NCBI GenBank assembly: GCA_036626005.1
Contig: JAZKSP010000001.1
Span: forward strand, 1,344 to 65,343
DNA from: Thermoplasmatota archaeon
GTDB lineage: Archaea; Thermoplasmatota; Thermoplasmata; Halarchaeoplasmatales; Halarchaeoplasmataceae
Reading direction: 5' to 3'
DNA length: 64,000 nucleotides
The position numbers and the translations under genes are program-made. This document shows positions 32,247 to 42,236 of the stretch, one piece after another. Each line of letters opens with the position of its first letter. The stretch's first letter is position 1. The notes beneath the pieces are model-generated. The model made no database searches. It was not told where the DNA came from and worked only from the letters and a program-made list of their open reading frames with translations.

Positions 32247-35198
32247 ATGTCTGATAAGATCACTGTAACTATCGATGGAGAAGAATATGAAACTGAGCCT
32301 GGAAAGAAAGTTTTAGATGTATGCAGAGAGAACGATCTTTTCGTGCCTACACTCTGTGAGATCGAATATATCGAAGAGCCCTTTGGTGGATGTAGAGTTT
32401 GTCTTGTGGAGGCAACCACGGATAGAGGAACAGAAGTCACAACTTCCTGCGATACGCCGATACAGGATGGAATGGAGATAAAAACGGAAACGGAGGAAGT
32501 ATATGAGGGACGGAAGATGGCCCTTGAGCTTCTTTTGTCTGAACATACTGGGGATTGTGTAGCGCCATGCTCCTTCGAATGTCCCGCTAGTTTAGACGTT
32601 CAGGGTTATCTCGCGCATATTGCTAACGGAAGGCCGAGCGAGGCTGTCAAGCTAATAAAAGAGGAGACCCCTCTCGCTCTGAGTCTAGGGATGGCATGCT
32701 TCGCTCCGTGTGAAGATGAATGTAGGAGAGAATTGGTGGAAGATCCTATTGCTATAAGACAGCAGAAGATGTTTGCAGCGGAAGAGGACATAGAAGATCC
32801 TTGGACTCCAGAGATAGAAGAAGACACGGGGAAGACCGTTGGTGTTGTCGGCGGAGGCCCCGCAGGACTGACCGCAGCTTACTTCTTGAGACTCGAAGGG
32901 CACGATGTCCAGATATATGATATGATGCCGGAGCTCGGAGGCATGATGCGCTACGGTATCCCGGAATATCGACTACCTAATGATCTGCTCGACAAAGAGA
33001 TAGAATGGATACTCGACCTAGGTATCGAGGCCGAAACAGAAACTAAGCTCGGCGAAGACGTTTCACTTGAGGAACTGAGAGAAGAACATGATGCGGTGTT
33101 CATGGGCACCGGTGCATGGGACCCGTGGATGATACCGATAGACGGCATAGACTTGAGCGGTGTTATGGGCGGTATCGACTTCTTGATAGACTATAACTCT
33201 GGAAAAGACTTGGATCTCGGCGAGAAAGTAGTGGTTATAGGATGCGGAAATACAGCGATAGACGCGGCGAGAACGGCAAAGAGAATTGGAAAAGAAGTAA
33301 CTATAGCTTATCGAAGGAGCGAAGAACAAGCGCCTGCCCACCAAGATGAGATCGACGAAGCGAGAGAGGAAGGAGTAAATTTTGAATTCCTAGTGAGCCC
33401 GAAGAAAGTCTGCGGACCGGAAGACGAGGAATGTGTAGAAAAAGTCACTTGTTCTCCAGTAGAGCTAGGTGAACCGGATGAATCTGGACGTCCGAAGCCG
33501 ATAGAGATACCGGATGAAACAGTGGAGATCGAAAGTGACAGCGTAGTGCTTGCGATAGGTCAGCAGCCAGATGATGAACTTCTTGAAGACGAAGGACTTG
33601 AAGTAGAGGATTACACACTTGCTAAAAATTCTAAATTCCAGACCAATTATGAGGACGTCTTCACCGCTGGAGATGCGAATCTTGGTCCTTCATCGATAGT
33701 GGAATGTACTGGAATGGCTAGAGAAGCTGCATATGCTTTGAATGCATATCTTCAAGATAACTTAGAAGATTATGAAGTACCAAACGATTATCAGGACCCA
33801 TTCGGTTACGTTCATCAAGATGAAGTCACTGAAGAAGATCTTTGGGATTACAACAAAGAATTGAGAAGAGATATGCCGACTAGAAAGCCTAAAGAGAGAA
33901 TAAAAGATTTTGAGAGGATCGAACTAGGTTTTTCAACTGAAAAAGCGAGAGATGAAGCCGAGAGATGTTTAGAGTGCGGTTGTCTTGATCGCTTCGACTG
34001 TGAGTTGAGAGAGTACTCGGAAATGTTCGATGCTGAACAGAAAGCCTACGAAGGATTTAAATTTGAACGGGAAGAAGATGATTCTCATCCATATATACTC
34101 AGAGAGCCGCAGAAATGTATTCAGTGTGGTTCGTGTGTGCGAACGACCGAGAAGGTGCACGGTGAAGGAGCAGTTCAGTTTGCGAATAGAGGATTAGAAA
34201 CAGTTGTAGAGCCAGCTTTCGGTGATCCTTTAGGTGAGGTAGAGAGTAAACTGATTGGAGATTTAGCAGATGCTTGTCCTACGGGTGCATTTGAAGAGGT
34301 ACTTCAAGATAGAAAACCTGGTCCGCACAATACTGAGATCGCAGGCGAAACCGTCTGTTTAGAGTGTGGATTGACCTGTCCTGCTGAGGTACATGCGGTC
34401 AATGGAAGGCCCGTCATGATGAAACCGGCTGAAGATACAATCTATCAGGGACATCTCTGCGACATTGGAAAATTTGGAAGCTCTATCAATGCGCCAGATA
34501 ACGACACTGATTTTGAAGAGAGATTGTCTGAATTGAAGGAGATGATCCAAGCTAAAAAGATGGACATCATTCTAGGAAGCGCTACCACAATCGAAGAGGC
34601 GGAGAAGCTGAAAGAACTAGCGGACTATACTGAAGGGAATATTATTGCTCCGGTAGCGGATAAGAGATCAACCGCTACTGTAGACGATCTGAAGTCTGCT
34701 GAAAAATTATACGTCGATCCTTTAGTTTATGATATAGCCCCTATAATGAAGATGTTCGTCGAGAGTGCTAAGCAGAACGGTTCGGATATAGTTGCATCTT
34801 TAGAAGCTCTAGATGGTGGAATCGGAATAGTAACTCCAGCTGACGCAGGAGATTTAGATAACAGAATAGTCGTACAACCTGGTGCTAATTCCTACGGCTT
34901 GTCATGTTTAGATATCTCGGAAGGAGATGTTCAAAGTGATAATGTATTGGTTTATGGAGACAAAGACATACCGACCGAAAAGATCGAAGGTAAAAAAGTG
35001 ATACATCTCACTGGAGAAGAAAATGAGAAGGTCAAATCAGAACTATCGATACCGATACGCTCTTCTCTACAGAAACAGGGAACTATCAGGAATCTATTCG
35101 GTGAAGAGATGACTCTGACGCCAGTAGTTGAGACCTTTCTCCCGAAAAATCTAGATATTTTGGACAGTGTGATCGACCTGTATAGAAAACAGACCTAA
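32247..35198 (+). CDS. NuoG/HndD-like Fe-S subunit with an inserted GltD-like FAD/NAD(P) oxidoreductase domain (StnC/NfnB-fusion-like); no hydrogenase H-cluster or molybdopterin catalytic domain recognised
   Basis: aa 1-75 form a 2Fe-2S ferredoxin (CRVCLVE). aa ~90-480 are GltD-like (CVAPCSFECP, GVVGGGPAGL, VVIGCGNTAIDAA). aa ~520-720 carry NuoG-type clusters (CLECGC, CIQCGSCVRT, CLECGLTCP...C). The ~260-aa C-terminus is unknown. Confidence 0.75.
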   Translation: MSDKITVTIDGEEYETEPGKKVLDVCRENDLFVPTLCEIEYIEEPFGGCRVCLVEATTDRGTEVTTSCDTPIQDGMEIKTETEEVYEGRKMALELLLSEHTGDCVAPCSFECPASLDVQGYLAHIANGRPSEAVKLIKEETPLALSLGMACFAPCEDECRRELVEDPIAIRQQKMFAAEEDIEDPWTPEIEEDTGKTVGVVGGGPAGLTAAYFLRLEGHDVQIYDMMPELGGMMRYGIPEYRLPNDLLDKEIEWILDLGIEAETETKLGEDVSLEELREEHDAVFMGTGAWDPWMIPIDGIDLSGVMGGIDFLIDYNSGKDLDLGEKVVVIGCGNTAIDAARTAKRIGKEVTIAYRRSEEQAPAHQDEIDEAREEGVNFEFLVSPKKVCGPEDEECVEKVTCSPVELGEPDESGRPKPIEIPDETVEIESDSVVLAIGQQPDDELLEDEGLEVEDYTLAKNSKFQTNYEDVFTAGDANLGPSSIVECTGMAREAAYALNAYLQDNLEDYEVPNDYQDPFGYVHQDEVTEEDLWDYNKELRRDMPTRKPKERIKDFERIELGFSTEKARDEAERCLECGCLDRFDCELREYSEMFDAEQKAYEGFKFEREEDDSHPYILREPQKCIQCGSCVRTTEKVHGEGAVQFANRGLETVVEPAFGDPLGEVESKLIGDLADACPTGAFEEVLQDRKPGPHNTEIAGETVCLECGLTCPAEVHAVNGRPVMMKPAEDTIYQGHLCDIGKFGSSINAPDNDTDFEERLSELKEMIQAKKMDIILGSATTIEEAEKLKELADYTEGNIIAPVADKRSTATVDDLKSAEKLYVDPLVYDIAPIMKMFVESAKQNGSDIVASLEALDGGIGIVTPADAGDLDNRIVVQPGANSYGLSCLDISEGDVQSDNVLVYGDKDIPTEKIEGKKVIHLTGEENEKVKSELSIPIRSSLQKQGTIRNLFGEEMTLTPVVETFLPKNLDILDSVIDLYRKQT

Positions 35199-35295
35199 AT
35201 AGACAATTATGACGGAAAGTTGATACCAACCTCTTTTTTGAAAAAACTCTTACCCAATACTTTTTAATCTTTTAATTAACTGTGGGATCTAGATT

Positions 35296-35772
35296 ATGTC
35301 CACCGTTGATGAATTTTACGAAAAGCTTTCGGATATCTATTCTAGAGACGACTTCAGAGAGAAGATAGAGGGGAAAAAGAAGGAATTCGATCACTTTTTC
35401 GATGAGGAAACATTAGCTCATATGATCGTAGCTGAGCATGGTAGGAATGAGAGCGCAATTAATGATATCGATCAAACAGAACCCGGTGATGAGGCTACAG
35501 TCCAGGGGAAAATAGTCGATCTAGGTACTCTAAGGACATTTGAAAACGATGATGGTCAGGGTAAAGTCAGGAACGTTCGTATCGATGACGGTACGGGGAC
35601 CATAAAGGTGGTTTTCTGGGATGAAGAGACTGATAGAGTGGAAGAAGAATTCGAGATAGGTAGTGAGATAAAAGTTGTCAATGGTTACGTTAAGGACAAA
35701 GGCTATGGTAAACAGATCTCCGCAGGAAGATGGGGCGAAATTCGTCTATTGGAAGAAGGCAAAAAGGATTAA
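35296..35772 (+). CDS. RPA-like single-stranded-DNA-binding protein (single OB-fold)
   Basis: VQGKIVDLGTLRTFENDDGQGKVRNVRIDDGTGTIKVVFWDEE matches the OB-fold pattern of archaeal RPA/SSB. Confidence 0.5.
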   Translation: MSTVDEFYEKLSDIYSRDDFREKIEGKKKEFDHFFDEETLAHMIVAEHGRNESAINDIDQTEPGDEATVQGKIVDLGTLRTFENDDGQGKVRNVRIDDGTGTIKVVFWDEETDRVEEEFEIGSEIKVVNGYVKDKGYGKQISAGRWGEIRLLEEGKKD

Positions 35773-35798
35773 TAGTCTCGATATCATTCTTATAACCG

Positions 35799-36014
35799 AT
35801 GGTTGAAGAGGATGATAATGAAGGTTATATAGAAGAATTGATAGAGTGTCCATTTTGTGGCGGCTTCGTCCCAGACGAATTCGAATGTATTCTATGTGGT
35901 GAAGAGATATTGGATACTGATAAGGTGGGGAAGACTAAATTGGTTTGCTCAAGATGTGGAGCGGAAATAGAAGAGGAGACAGAAAGCTGCCCTGATTGTG
36001 GAGCATTGTTTTAG
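35799..36014 (+). CDS. Small double zinc-ribbon protein
   Basis: Four CxxC pairs (CPFCGG...CILCG...CSRCG...CPDCG) in 71 aa, immediately downstream of the RPA-like gene. Confidence 0.45.
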   Translation: MVEEDDNEGYIEELIECPFCGGFVPDEFECILCGEEILDTDKVGKTKLVCSRCGAEIEEETESCPDCGALF

Positions 36015-36063
36015 GATATGCGTTTTCAAAAAGCAAAAATATGACCAATAAGTAGGTTTTACT

Positions 36064-36822
36064 ATGGCTGATGATGATTTAAGTTACGAAGATGTAATCG
36101 ATGTATGGGAGAGAGAGAAGGAAGCGAAGTTGCCCTGCGCTTTACCTAATAATTTTTATGAAAGATTGAGAAAATACATTCGAGACTTAGAAACCAAAGT
36201 AGAAGATATCGACGTCCCTCCCAAAGATAAACGGGAAAGGAGGGTTCAAAAGCAGTACGAGAGAGTACAGAAGATAGCTGAACTTTTTTTCAAAGAGAGA
36301 CAAAAAAAGATAGTGTTAGCCGCATATCACAAATCGATGGGAAAGACGGTTAGTGCTGAAAATTTGGTCGAAGCGGAACTAGAACTTCTAGAAGAAATAT
36401 CTGGAAGTTTAGAGGAATTGAAGAACCAAATATTTTTAAGAGAGTATAAAAGAAAACCCGAGAAGAAAGAATCGAAAGAGAAGGAACGAACGGAAGAAAA
36501 GACCGTAGAGAGCGAACCCTCCTCACCTGAAGAAAAAATCGAAGATGTCACTCGGGATCAGACTCAAACAAAGGAGGACCTCGGACCATCTGAATCTCCG
36601 GTTGAAGAAGCTGCGAATGAAAGTGAAGTCTCTAGAGACGATCGCTTATCACCTGATTTAGAAGGTCAAGATGAGATATTGATCCATATAACTGAAGATA
36701 TTCCTTCCTTCGTTGATATGAACGTAACTTATGATCTAGAAAAAGAAGATGTTCTCACATTAAGAGAGGATTTAGCAGAAGTTTTGATAGAAAGAGGGAA
36801 AGCGAGGAAGATAAAGCTTTAA
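36064..36822 (+). CDS. Acidic helical protein, possibly GINS (Gins51/Sld5-like A-domain) replication factor
   Basis: The N-terminus (LSYEDVIDVWEREKEAKLPCALPNNFYERLRKYIRDLE...RVQKIAELFFKERQKKIVLAA) follows the archaeal Gins51 helical-domain pattern. Adjacent to RPA-like genes. Assignment rests on pattern memory only. Confidence 0.3.
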   Translation: MADDDLSYEDVIDVWEREKEAKLPCALPNNFYERLRKYIRDLETKVEDIDVPPKDKRERRVQKQYERVQKIAELFFKERQKKIVLAAYHKSMGKTVSAENLVEAELELLEEISGSLEELKNQIFLREYKRKPEKKESKEKERTEEKTVESEPSSPEEKIEDVTRDQTQTKEDLGPSESPVEEAANESEVSRDDRLSPDLEGQDEILIHITEDIPSFVDMNVTYDLEKEDVLTLREDLAEVLIERGKARKIKL

Positions 36823-36830
36823 GCAATTTT

Positions 36831-37319
36831 TTATTCAAAAACGGAGTCGTATTCTCCTTCCTCGATCAGCCTTTGGGCTTCTCCTGGTTCTTTTTCATCT
36901 ACTGTAATACCCATTGAGACGCAGGAACCGATGACTTCTTTAGTTTTTTGTTTCAGATTTTTACCCAATAGATCATCGTCTTTCATCTCAGCGATCTCTT
37001 TAGCCTCTTCTATCTCTAGGTCACCGACTTTGTTGGTATTGGCTTCACCGCTTCCTTTTTCTATACCCACTTTCTCCAAAATTAAACCTGATGTGGGTGG
37101 GGTTCCAACTTCTATATCGAAATCACCGCTTTCAGTATCGACGGTCAATTTTATTGGAACCTGCATGCCTTTGAATTTTTCCGTCTCTTCGTTTATAGAG
37201 TTCACGATCTCCATTATATCTACACCTAATGGACCAAGTTTTGGTCCTAGGGGTGGTCCTGCACTCGCTTCGCCTGCATCTACAAGAGCTTCTATAGTTT
37301 CAGTTGCCATATTAATCAC
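36831..37319 (-). CDS. rpl11: 50S ribosomal protein L11
   Basis: GPPLGPKLGPLGVDIMEIVNSINE (L11 N-terminal domain). Sits in the conserved secE-spt5-L11 order. Confidence 0.9.
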   Translation of the reverse strand: MINMATETIEALVDAGEASAGPPLGPKLGPLGVDIMEIVNSINEETEKFKGMQVPIKLTVDTESGDFDIEVGTPPTSGLILEKVGIEKGSGEANTNKVGDLEIEEAKEIAEMKDDDLLGKNLKQKTKEVIGSCVSMGITVDEKEPGEAQRLIEEGEYDSVFE

Positions 37320-37334
37320 CTACATAACATTGTC

Positions 37335-38243
37335 TTATTTTTCTTTTTCTAATACTCTTACGTGATCTCCTCTCACTGTAACGGGGATCGGGACAGTGGC
37401 TTCAAATAGCTCAACAGTGATTTCATCGTTATCTTCATCTATTTGGGTGACTCGGGCTTTTTCACCTTTGAAGGGACCAGCTGATAACTCAACTATATCG
37501 CCTTCTGTGATACCTTCTACAGCGAGTTTTGGAGCTAGAAAATGTTCTATTTCCTCAATACTGGTATCACCATCAATGATACCCTTTGCTTTTCTCGTGC
37601 CGTCACACACCTCATCAACTATAGAGGGATTCATCGCTTCAATGAATATATATCCTCTCACAGGTTTGGGAACGAGGATAGAAAACACACCCATATCTTT
37701 GTCTTTAGCCCATGATGCTATATAATCGGCTACACTCCTTTCTTGATTTATCTGAGTTTTCATAGCCACGACAGTGGGCCTAGCAGTCGTTATGAGAGTT
37801 ATAGAATCGGATAACAGTACATCTTTGCTTGAGGATGCGTCGATAACGACCTCTGCTTTATCTCCATAGTCGGCCCCCTCTGGAGCACTCACTTTAACTG
37901 GTATGATAGTCTCGTCTCCAGCCTTGACCTCGATCGTCTCTCGAAGCGTATCGGAGGGTTCTGAGATCCTATGTTGGTCGAGTATATCGATATTCCAAGG
38001 AATTATCTCTTCACTATCAGTACTATACAAAAGATGAACCTCAAGATCGATTTCCTGTTCTGAATCAGTAGTATTTATCAACTTGACTTTATAAGTTGTT
38101 TTTTCTCTGGTGGGGATAGACTTTTTGTTAGGATCACAGACTAAGGAGATCCCTTTTTCTTCTTCTTCTTCCTCTTTAGGAATCTCTTTAACCTCTTCCT
38201 CTTCAGCTATTTCTTCCTCTGTAAAATCATCTAGTAGTCCCAT
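37335..38243 (-). CDS. spt5: Transcription elongation factor Spt5 (NusG homolog) with ~150-aa N-terminal extension
   Basis: The C-terminal half has an NGN domain (VFSILVPKPVRGYIFIEAMN) and KOW motif (GDIVELSAGPFKGEKARV). The N-terminal half is an acidic, beta-rich region of unknown fold. Confidence 0.8.
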   Translation of the reverse strand: MGLLDDFTEEEIAEEEEVKEIPKEEEEEEKGISLVCDPNKKSIPTREKTTYKVKLINTTDSEQEIDLEVHLLYSTDSEEIIPWNIDILDQHRISEPSDTLRETIEVKAGDETIIPVKVSAPEGADYGDKAEVVIDASSSKDVLLSDSITLITTARPTVVAMKTQINQERSVADYIASWAKDKDMGVFSILVPKPVRGYIFIEAMNPSIVDEVCDGTRKAKGIIDGDTSIEEIEHFLAPKLAVEGITEGDIVELSAGPFKGEKARVTQIDEDNDEITVELFEATVPIPVTVRGDHVRVLEKEK

Positions 38244-38253
38244 AATTTCTACC

Positions 38254-38484
38254 TCAAATCACTGCAAAATATGTTGGTATGTTATCCCAAAGCCACATGA
38301 TCAAAAATCCAAGTCCACCTATCAGAAAAATACCTATTATAACTATCAGGAGGTTTTTTCTGTATTCTTCTGTGTCCGGCTTTCGGGCCATCTTCAAAAT
38401 ACGCCCGAACTTGCCTTTACCAATTTTTCCAGCTTTTTCTTCGATCTTATCCTGTACTTTCCAGGATCCTTCAACAATATCCAT
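38254..38484 (-). CDS. secE: Protein translocase subunit SecE (Sec61 gamma)
   Basis: 76 aa with a single C-terminal TM helix, positioned between ftsZ and spt5 as in other archaea. Confidence 0.7.
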   Translation of the reverse strand: MDIVEGSWKVQDKIEEKAGKIGKGKFGRILKMARKPDTEEYRKNLLIVIIGIFLIGGLGFLIMWLWDNIPTYFAVI

Positions 38485-38493
38485 GTTTTTCCC

Positions 38494-39612
38494 TCAAGCT
38501 ACTGTTTCTATTTCTTCAGTTGAAATTTCTTCGCCAAATATCTGTTTTGATTCGACACCTGTGATGACCACCATAATCTTTAGAGTTTCTTCTTGACTTG
38601 GATCAACAGATGCACCCCAGATTATCCTTGCGTTCTTGCCGATCTTTCTTTCGACAGTTTTTGCCGCTTTTTCTGCTTCAGATACCGTCATATCACTTCC
38701 TCCTACGACATTTACCAGGGCTGCGTTCGCATTGCTGATATCGACTTCCAGCAGAGGTGAATCTATCGCTTCTTTGATAGCCTCTTCCGCTCGATTTTCG
38801 GAATCATCTTCACCCATGCCTATCATCGCAACTCCGGCCCCTTCCATCACCGTCTTTAGATCGTTAAAATCAAGGTTTACTAAACCAGGTTTAGTTACCA
38901 ATTCTGTGATACCTGTGATAGATCTAGAGAGCACTTCATCAGCGACTTTAAAGGCCTTATTGAGTGATAGACGAGGACAGAGGTCCAAGAGCTTGTCGTT
39001 AGGAATAGTTATGACGGTATCGGCTACGCTTTTGAGTCTTTCCAGACCCCATTCCGCATTTTCCATCCGGGATTTTCCTTCAGCCTCGAAGGGGGTGGTA
39101 CATATAGCTACGGTGAGCGCCCCTTTGTTTTTGGCGATTTCAGCTACGACAGGAGCCCCTCCTGTTCCAGTTCCACCACCGAGACCGCAGGTAACAAAGA
39201 CCATATCAGTCCCTTCTAGTATATCTTCTAACTTTTCTCTTGCTTCTTCGGTAGCTTCTTGGCCGACCTGCGGTAGAGCTCCTGCTCCTAGTCCCCTGGT
39301 CTTTCGCTTACCGAGCAAGACTTTTCTTTGAGAGTGAACCGTCAACAAGTGCTGAGCGTCGGTATTGGCCGCGATCAACTTCGCACCCTTTATACCTTCT
39401 TCTGATATCCTTTCGACGGTATTGCAACCTGCACCGCCGATTCCTACAATCTTGATATCCGTTTTAAGGTCTGAAAGCACCTCTCTCAGTTCTTCATCCT
39501 CGGTCGAAAGGTCTTGTTTACCTTCTTCTATGGCTTTTGATTCCTCTGAATTTTGATTTTCGGCTTGAGATAGAGCCTCATCAACAATTGAATCCATAAA
39601 TGCACACTCCAT
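38494..39612 (-). CDS. ftsZ: Cell division GTPase FtsZ
   Basis: Tubulin signature GGGTGTG (GLGGGTGTGGAPVVA) and N-terminal VGIGGAGCN. Confidence 0.9.
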   Translation of the reverse strand: MECAFMDSIVDEALSQAENQNSEESKAIEEGKQDLSTEDEELREVLSDLKTDIKIVGIGGAGCNTVERISEEGIKGAKLIAANTDAQHLLTVHSQRKVLLGKRKTRGLGAGALPQVGQEATEEAREKLEDILEGTDMVFVTCGLGGGTGTGGAPVVAEIAKNKGALTVAICTTPFEAEGKSRMENAEWGLERLKSVADTVITIPNDKLLDLCPRLSLNKAFKVADEVLSRSITGITELVTKPGLVNLDFNDLKTVMEGAGVAMIGMGEDDSENRAEEAIKEAIDSPLLEVDISNANAALVNVVGGSDMTVSEAEKAAKTVERKIGKNARIIWGASVDPSQEETLKIMVVITGVESKQIFGEEISTEEIETVA

Positions 39613-39744
39613 TTGGGAGATAAATTACGCTATCACAAACATATCAATGACCCCTTATATAAAATGTTTTGCCATGATCGCCCTATATTATATATAACTT
39701 ATAATATAAATATTAATAGGTTTAAATTTTTTGTAGATTTGTCT

Positions 39745-40269
39745 TCATTTTGACATGTATCTGGGAAGAAGAAAAAGGACAAAATAGATGCCAAAGACTA
39801 TCGAAAGAGCTAATAAAATTCTTAGAAAAATTATAAGGTTTAATGGGAAAGGACCGATAAAACTATTTATGGAAATAAACCCGCCTAAAAGAGAGACTGC
39901 AAACCCTAGAACTAATGTCTTCAAATAATATAATGCAGAATCATTTTTGTATTCTTCAAGATGAATGTTCACACCCTCCTCGGTTAGACCTCTTTTCATA
40001 TATTTTATAAAGAGAGATCTTCTCATGAATAACCACAGGCCAATATAGATAAAAAACATTGATATGAGGAAGATTAAGCTCGTATAATTTAAAGGGAGTT
40101 CTTTTACTAAAAAGAAGAAAGATCCAACTAGAAAAAGACTACCAACATCAACGATTTTTCTCTCACTAGAATACAATCCGAGGATCGCTACCCCAGCTCC
40201 TGAAATTGGAAACCACCATCCTTGGCTGTTGCGGTAAAGAAGAGAAGTACCTAATGCGGTCAAAATCAC
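39745..40269 (-). CDS. Hypothetical polytopic membrane protein
   Basis: 4-5 predicted TM helices. No family recognised. Confidence 0.35.
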   Translation of the reverse strand: MILTALGTSLLYRNSQGWWFPISGAGVAILGLYSSERKIVDVGSLFLVGSFFFLVKELPLNYTSLIFLISMFFIYIGLWLFMRRSLFIKYMKRGLTEEGVNIHLEEYKNDSALYYLKTLVLGFAVSLLGGFISINSFIGPFPLNLIIFLRILLALSIVFGIYFVLFLLPRYMSK

Positions 40270-40304
40270 TAGGACCGCAAGTATATGTATATGAGCTTTG
40301 AAAT

Positions 40305-41570
40305 CTAGCTTCTTTTCCAGTATCTTATCACCTCGTCAAGTCCTGCTTCTAAAGGTTCGTTTGGATTCCAATCAACGACTATACTGTATTTCCATAATTT
40401 TTCGAGGATCACTCCTCTCTCTATAGAAGATAATTTTTCGGCTAGAACATTATGATCATCTATCATCTCCTTCTCGATATCAATAGGATTCGGTGAGATC
40501 ACCATCACATTGTATTCTTTCATGCAGATATCGACGATGGTCTCACTAATCTTTTCTGATATCAGAGGAGATATGAATATTATCATACTTCTTTCGGGGA
40601 AAAATCTTTTCAGAACCCATTCAGTGTCCTTCAATCTCCAAAGCCCTCCTTCTTTTACCTCGCTCAATTTCTCCATCACCTTATAAAAATGGTCTCTGCC
40701 GAAATCAGGATATAACCAATCTAGGAAATCTCCTAGAATGATCAAGCCGACTCGGTTTCGGTCAGCCAATATTGAAGAAGCTAGAGTTCCAGCCGCCTGG
40801 ACTGAGGCGTCTATAGTATTATTTTCTTCCCCTCCTATATTGCTACCTCCATAGCCGTCCACCACTATTATCACGTCTCCGGAGCGTTCCCCTATATATT
40901 CATTACTGACTGGTTCAAGATATCTAGCTGTAGCTTTCCAGTTGATCCTTTTTATCTCGTCCTCGGCTCTATATTCCCTTAGTGAAAAAAATTCGCTTCC
41001 AAGACCCATGCTTTGAGATTTTACGTTACCTATCCAATTTCTGGTATAAAGGGGCCTTATATTCATACTTTCCATCTTTTGGATCGAGGGAAGAACGAAT
41101 ATTGTAAGTATTTTCTTACTAGTCCATTCTTCTACATTTAGGTTGAGAGGACTTCGATATCTAAGCTTCACTGGCCCTATCTCTGTTTTTCCTCTTTTAT
41201 TGCAAGAAATCTTATATCTAATCTTTTTTTCCTCGTTTTCTTCAAGCTTCAGTATCTGATGATTGGATCCTTTGACTACTTGGGCATCAGATGGAACGAT
41301 GTCAAGTACTTCGAGGTACTTAACCATTTTACCATGGTTCTTTATAGATAAGTCTATTCGGACTTCATCTCCTCTATATACACTCATCTCTTGGGTTTTT
41401 CTCTCAACTCTCAACCTGACATCATCAGTAATTATGCTCCTATTTCCCAGTGCTAATAAAGAAAAATTAGCTATAGCTAAGATAAAGAAAACCCAGCTAT
41501 CGATTATTATCCCTATAAAGAGTGTTAAAATAGTGAGAGTTACTAATATAAAGTTGGTATTAGATTTCAT
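40305..41570 (-). CDS. DUF58-family protein (vWA-like; usual MoxR ATPase partner) with N-terminal TM helices
   Basis: DUF58 core motif EYRAEDEIKRINWKATAR plus a vWA-like DGYGG region. Confidence 0.65.
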   Translation of the reverse strand: MKSNTNFILVTLTILTLFIGIIIDSWVFFILAIANFSLLALGNRSIITDDVRLRVERKTQEMSVYRGDEVRIDLSIKNHGKMVKYLEVLDIVPSDAQVVKGSNHQILKLEENEEKKIRYKISCNKRGKTEIGPVKLRYRSPLNLNVEEWTSKKILTIFVLPSIQKMESMNIRPLYTRNWIGNVKSQSMGLGSEFFSLREYRAEDEIKRINWKATARYLEPVSNEYIGERSGDVIIVVDGYGGSNIGGEENNTIDASVQAAGTLASSILADRNRVGLIILGDFLDWLYPDFGRDHFYKVMEKLSEVKEGGLWRLKDTEWVLKRFFPERSMIIFISPLISEKISETIVDICMKEYNVMVISPNPIDIEKEMIDDHNVLAEKLSSIERGVILEKLWKYSIVVDWNPNEPLEAGLDEVIRYWKRS

Positions 41571-42236
41571 CTATCGGTTTCCCTCCCAACTCAATATTTT
41601 CTCGATCACACCTTCTATTTTTCTTTGGTAAGTTTCTCCTTTTTCCCTTGCCCCTTCATTTTGTGCATCTTTAAAATTTAGTTGCTTTTCGTCTTTTTTT
41701 TGGATCACATCACCGGTTCTCATTCTTTTACTGTTCATTAAAAAATCAGATAGGGTCTCATCGCCGATCAACTCTCGGAGAGCAGATGGATTTTTGAATA
41801 GAGCTTTCAGCTCCTTTTCAGATAATGAATTCATGTTTTTTATCTTTTCCATTAGTGCTTCCCTGATACGTTTCTCTATCAAAACTTGACTAAGTATCCT
41901 TCCCCTCACTGCCCTTTCTACAATGCTAGAAGTTCTTTTTAGCGGGAGATTAAATATTTTATTTTCGCTTTTTATTCTTTTCCATTCCTCTATCTTTTTT
42001 GCTTCCTTTCCAGATATATATAGCAACCCGATAGAAACCCATGCGATTAGTGATAAGCTGATAAGTTGTTTTAAATGACCACCTGAGAAGAAGATCGCTA
42101 TCGATAATATCCCTGAAAGGATTAAAAACAAAGAATAAAAATGTAACTTGTGTTGTCTTCCAGCGACAGAGCCATCCAACCATTCCGGCTTCAGTTGGAC
42201 CCTTTCTACAGTTACGTCCTCCTCACTTTTTGTCAT
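41571..42236 (-). CDS. Hypothetical membrane protein (2 TM), co-operonic with the DUF58 protein
   Basis: Start and stop overlap both neighbours. TM hairpin followed by a charged helical tail. Confidence 0.35.
   Translation of the reverse strand: MTKSEEDVTVERVQLKPEWLDGSVAGRQHKLHFYSLFLILSGILSIAIFFSGGHLKQLISLSLIAWVSIGLLYISGKEAKKIEEWKRIKSENKIFNLPLKRTSSIVERAVRGRILSQVLIEKRIREALMEKIKNMNSLSEKELKALFKNPSALRELIGDETLSDFLMNSKRMRTGDVIQKKDEKQLNFKDAQNEGAREKGETYQRKIEGVIEKILSWEGNR

Noticed and set aside
38636-39331. 231-aa ORF antisense to ftsZ, and similar long antisense ORFs (e.g. 59579..59941 within cdc48, 27143..27673 within sudA, 36931..37365 within rpl11)
   Set aside because: Each lies wholly inside a well-supported conserved gene on the opposite strand and has S/P/T-rich low-complexity translations typical of antisense frames in acidic-proteome genomes.
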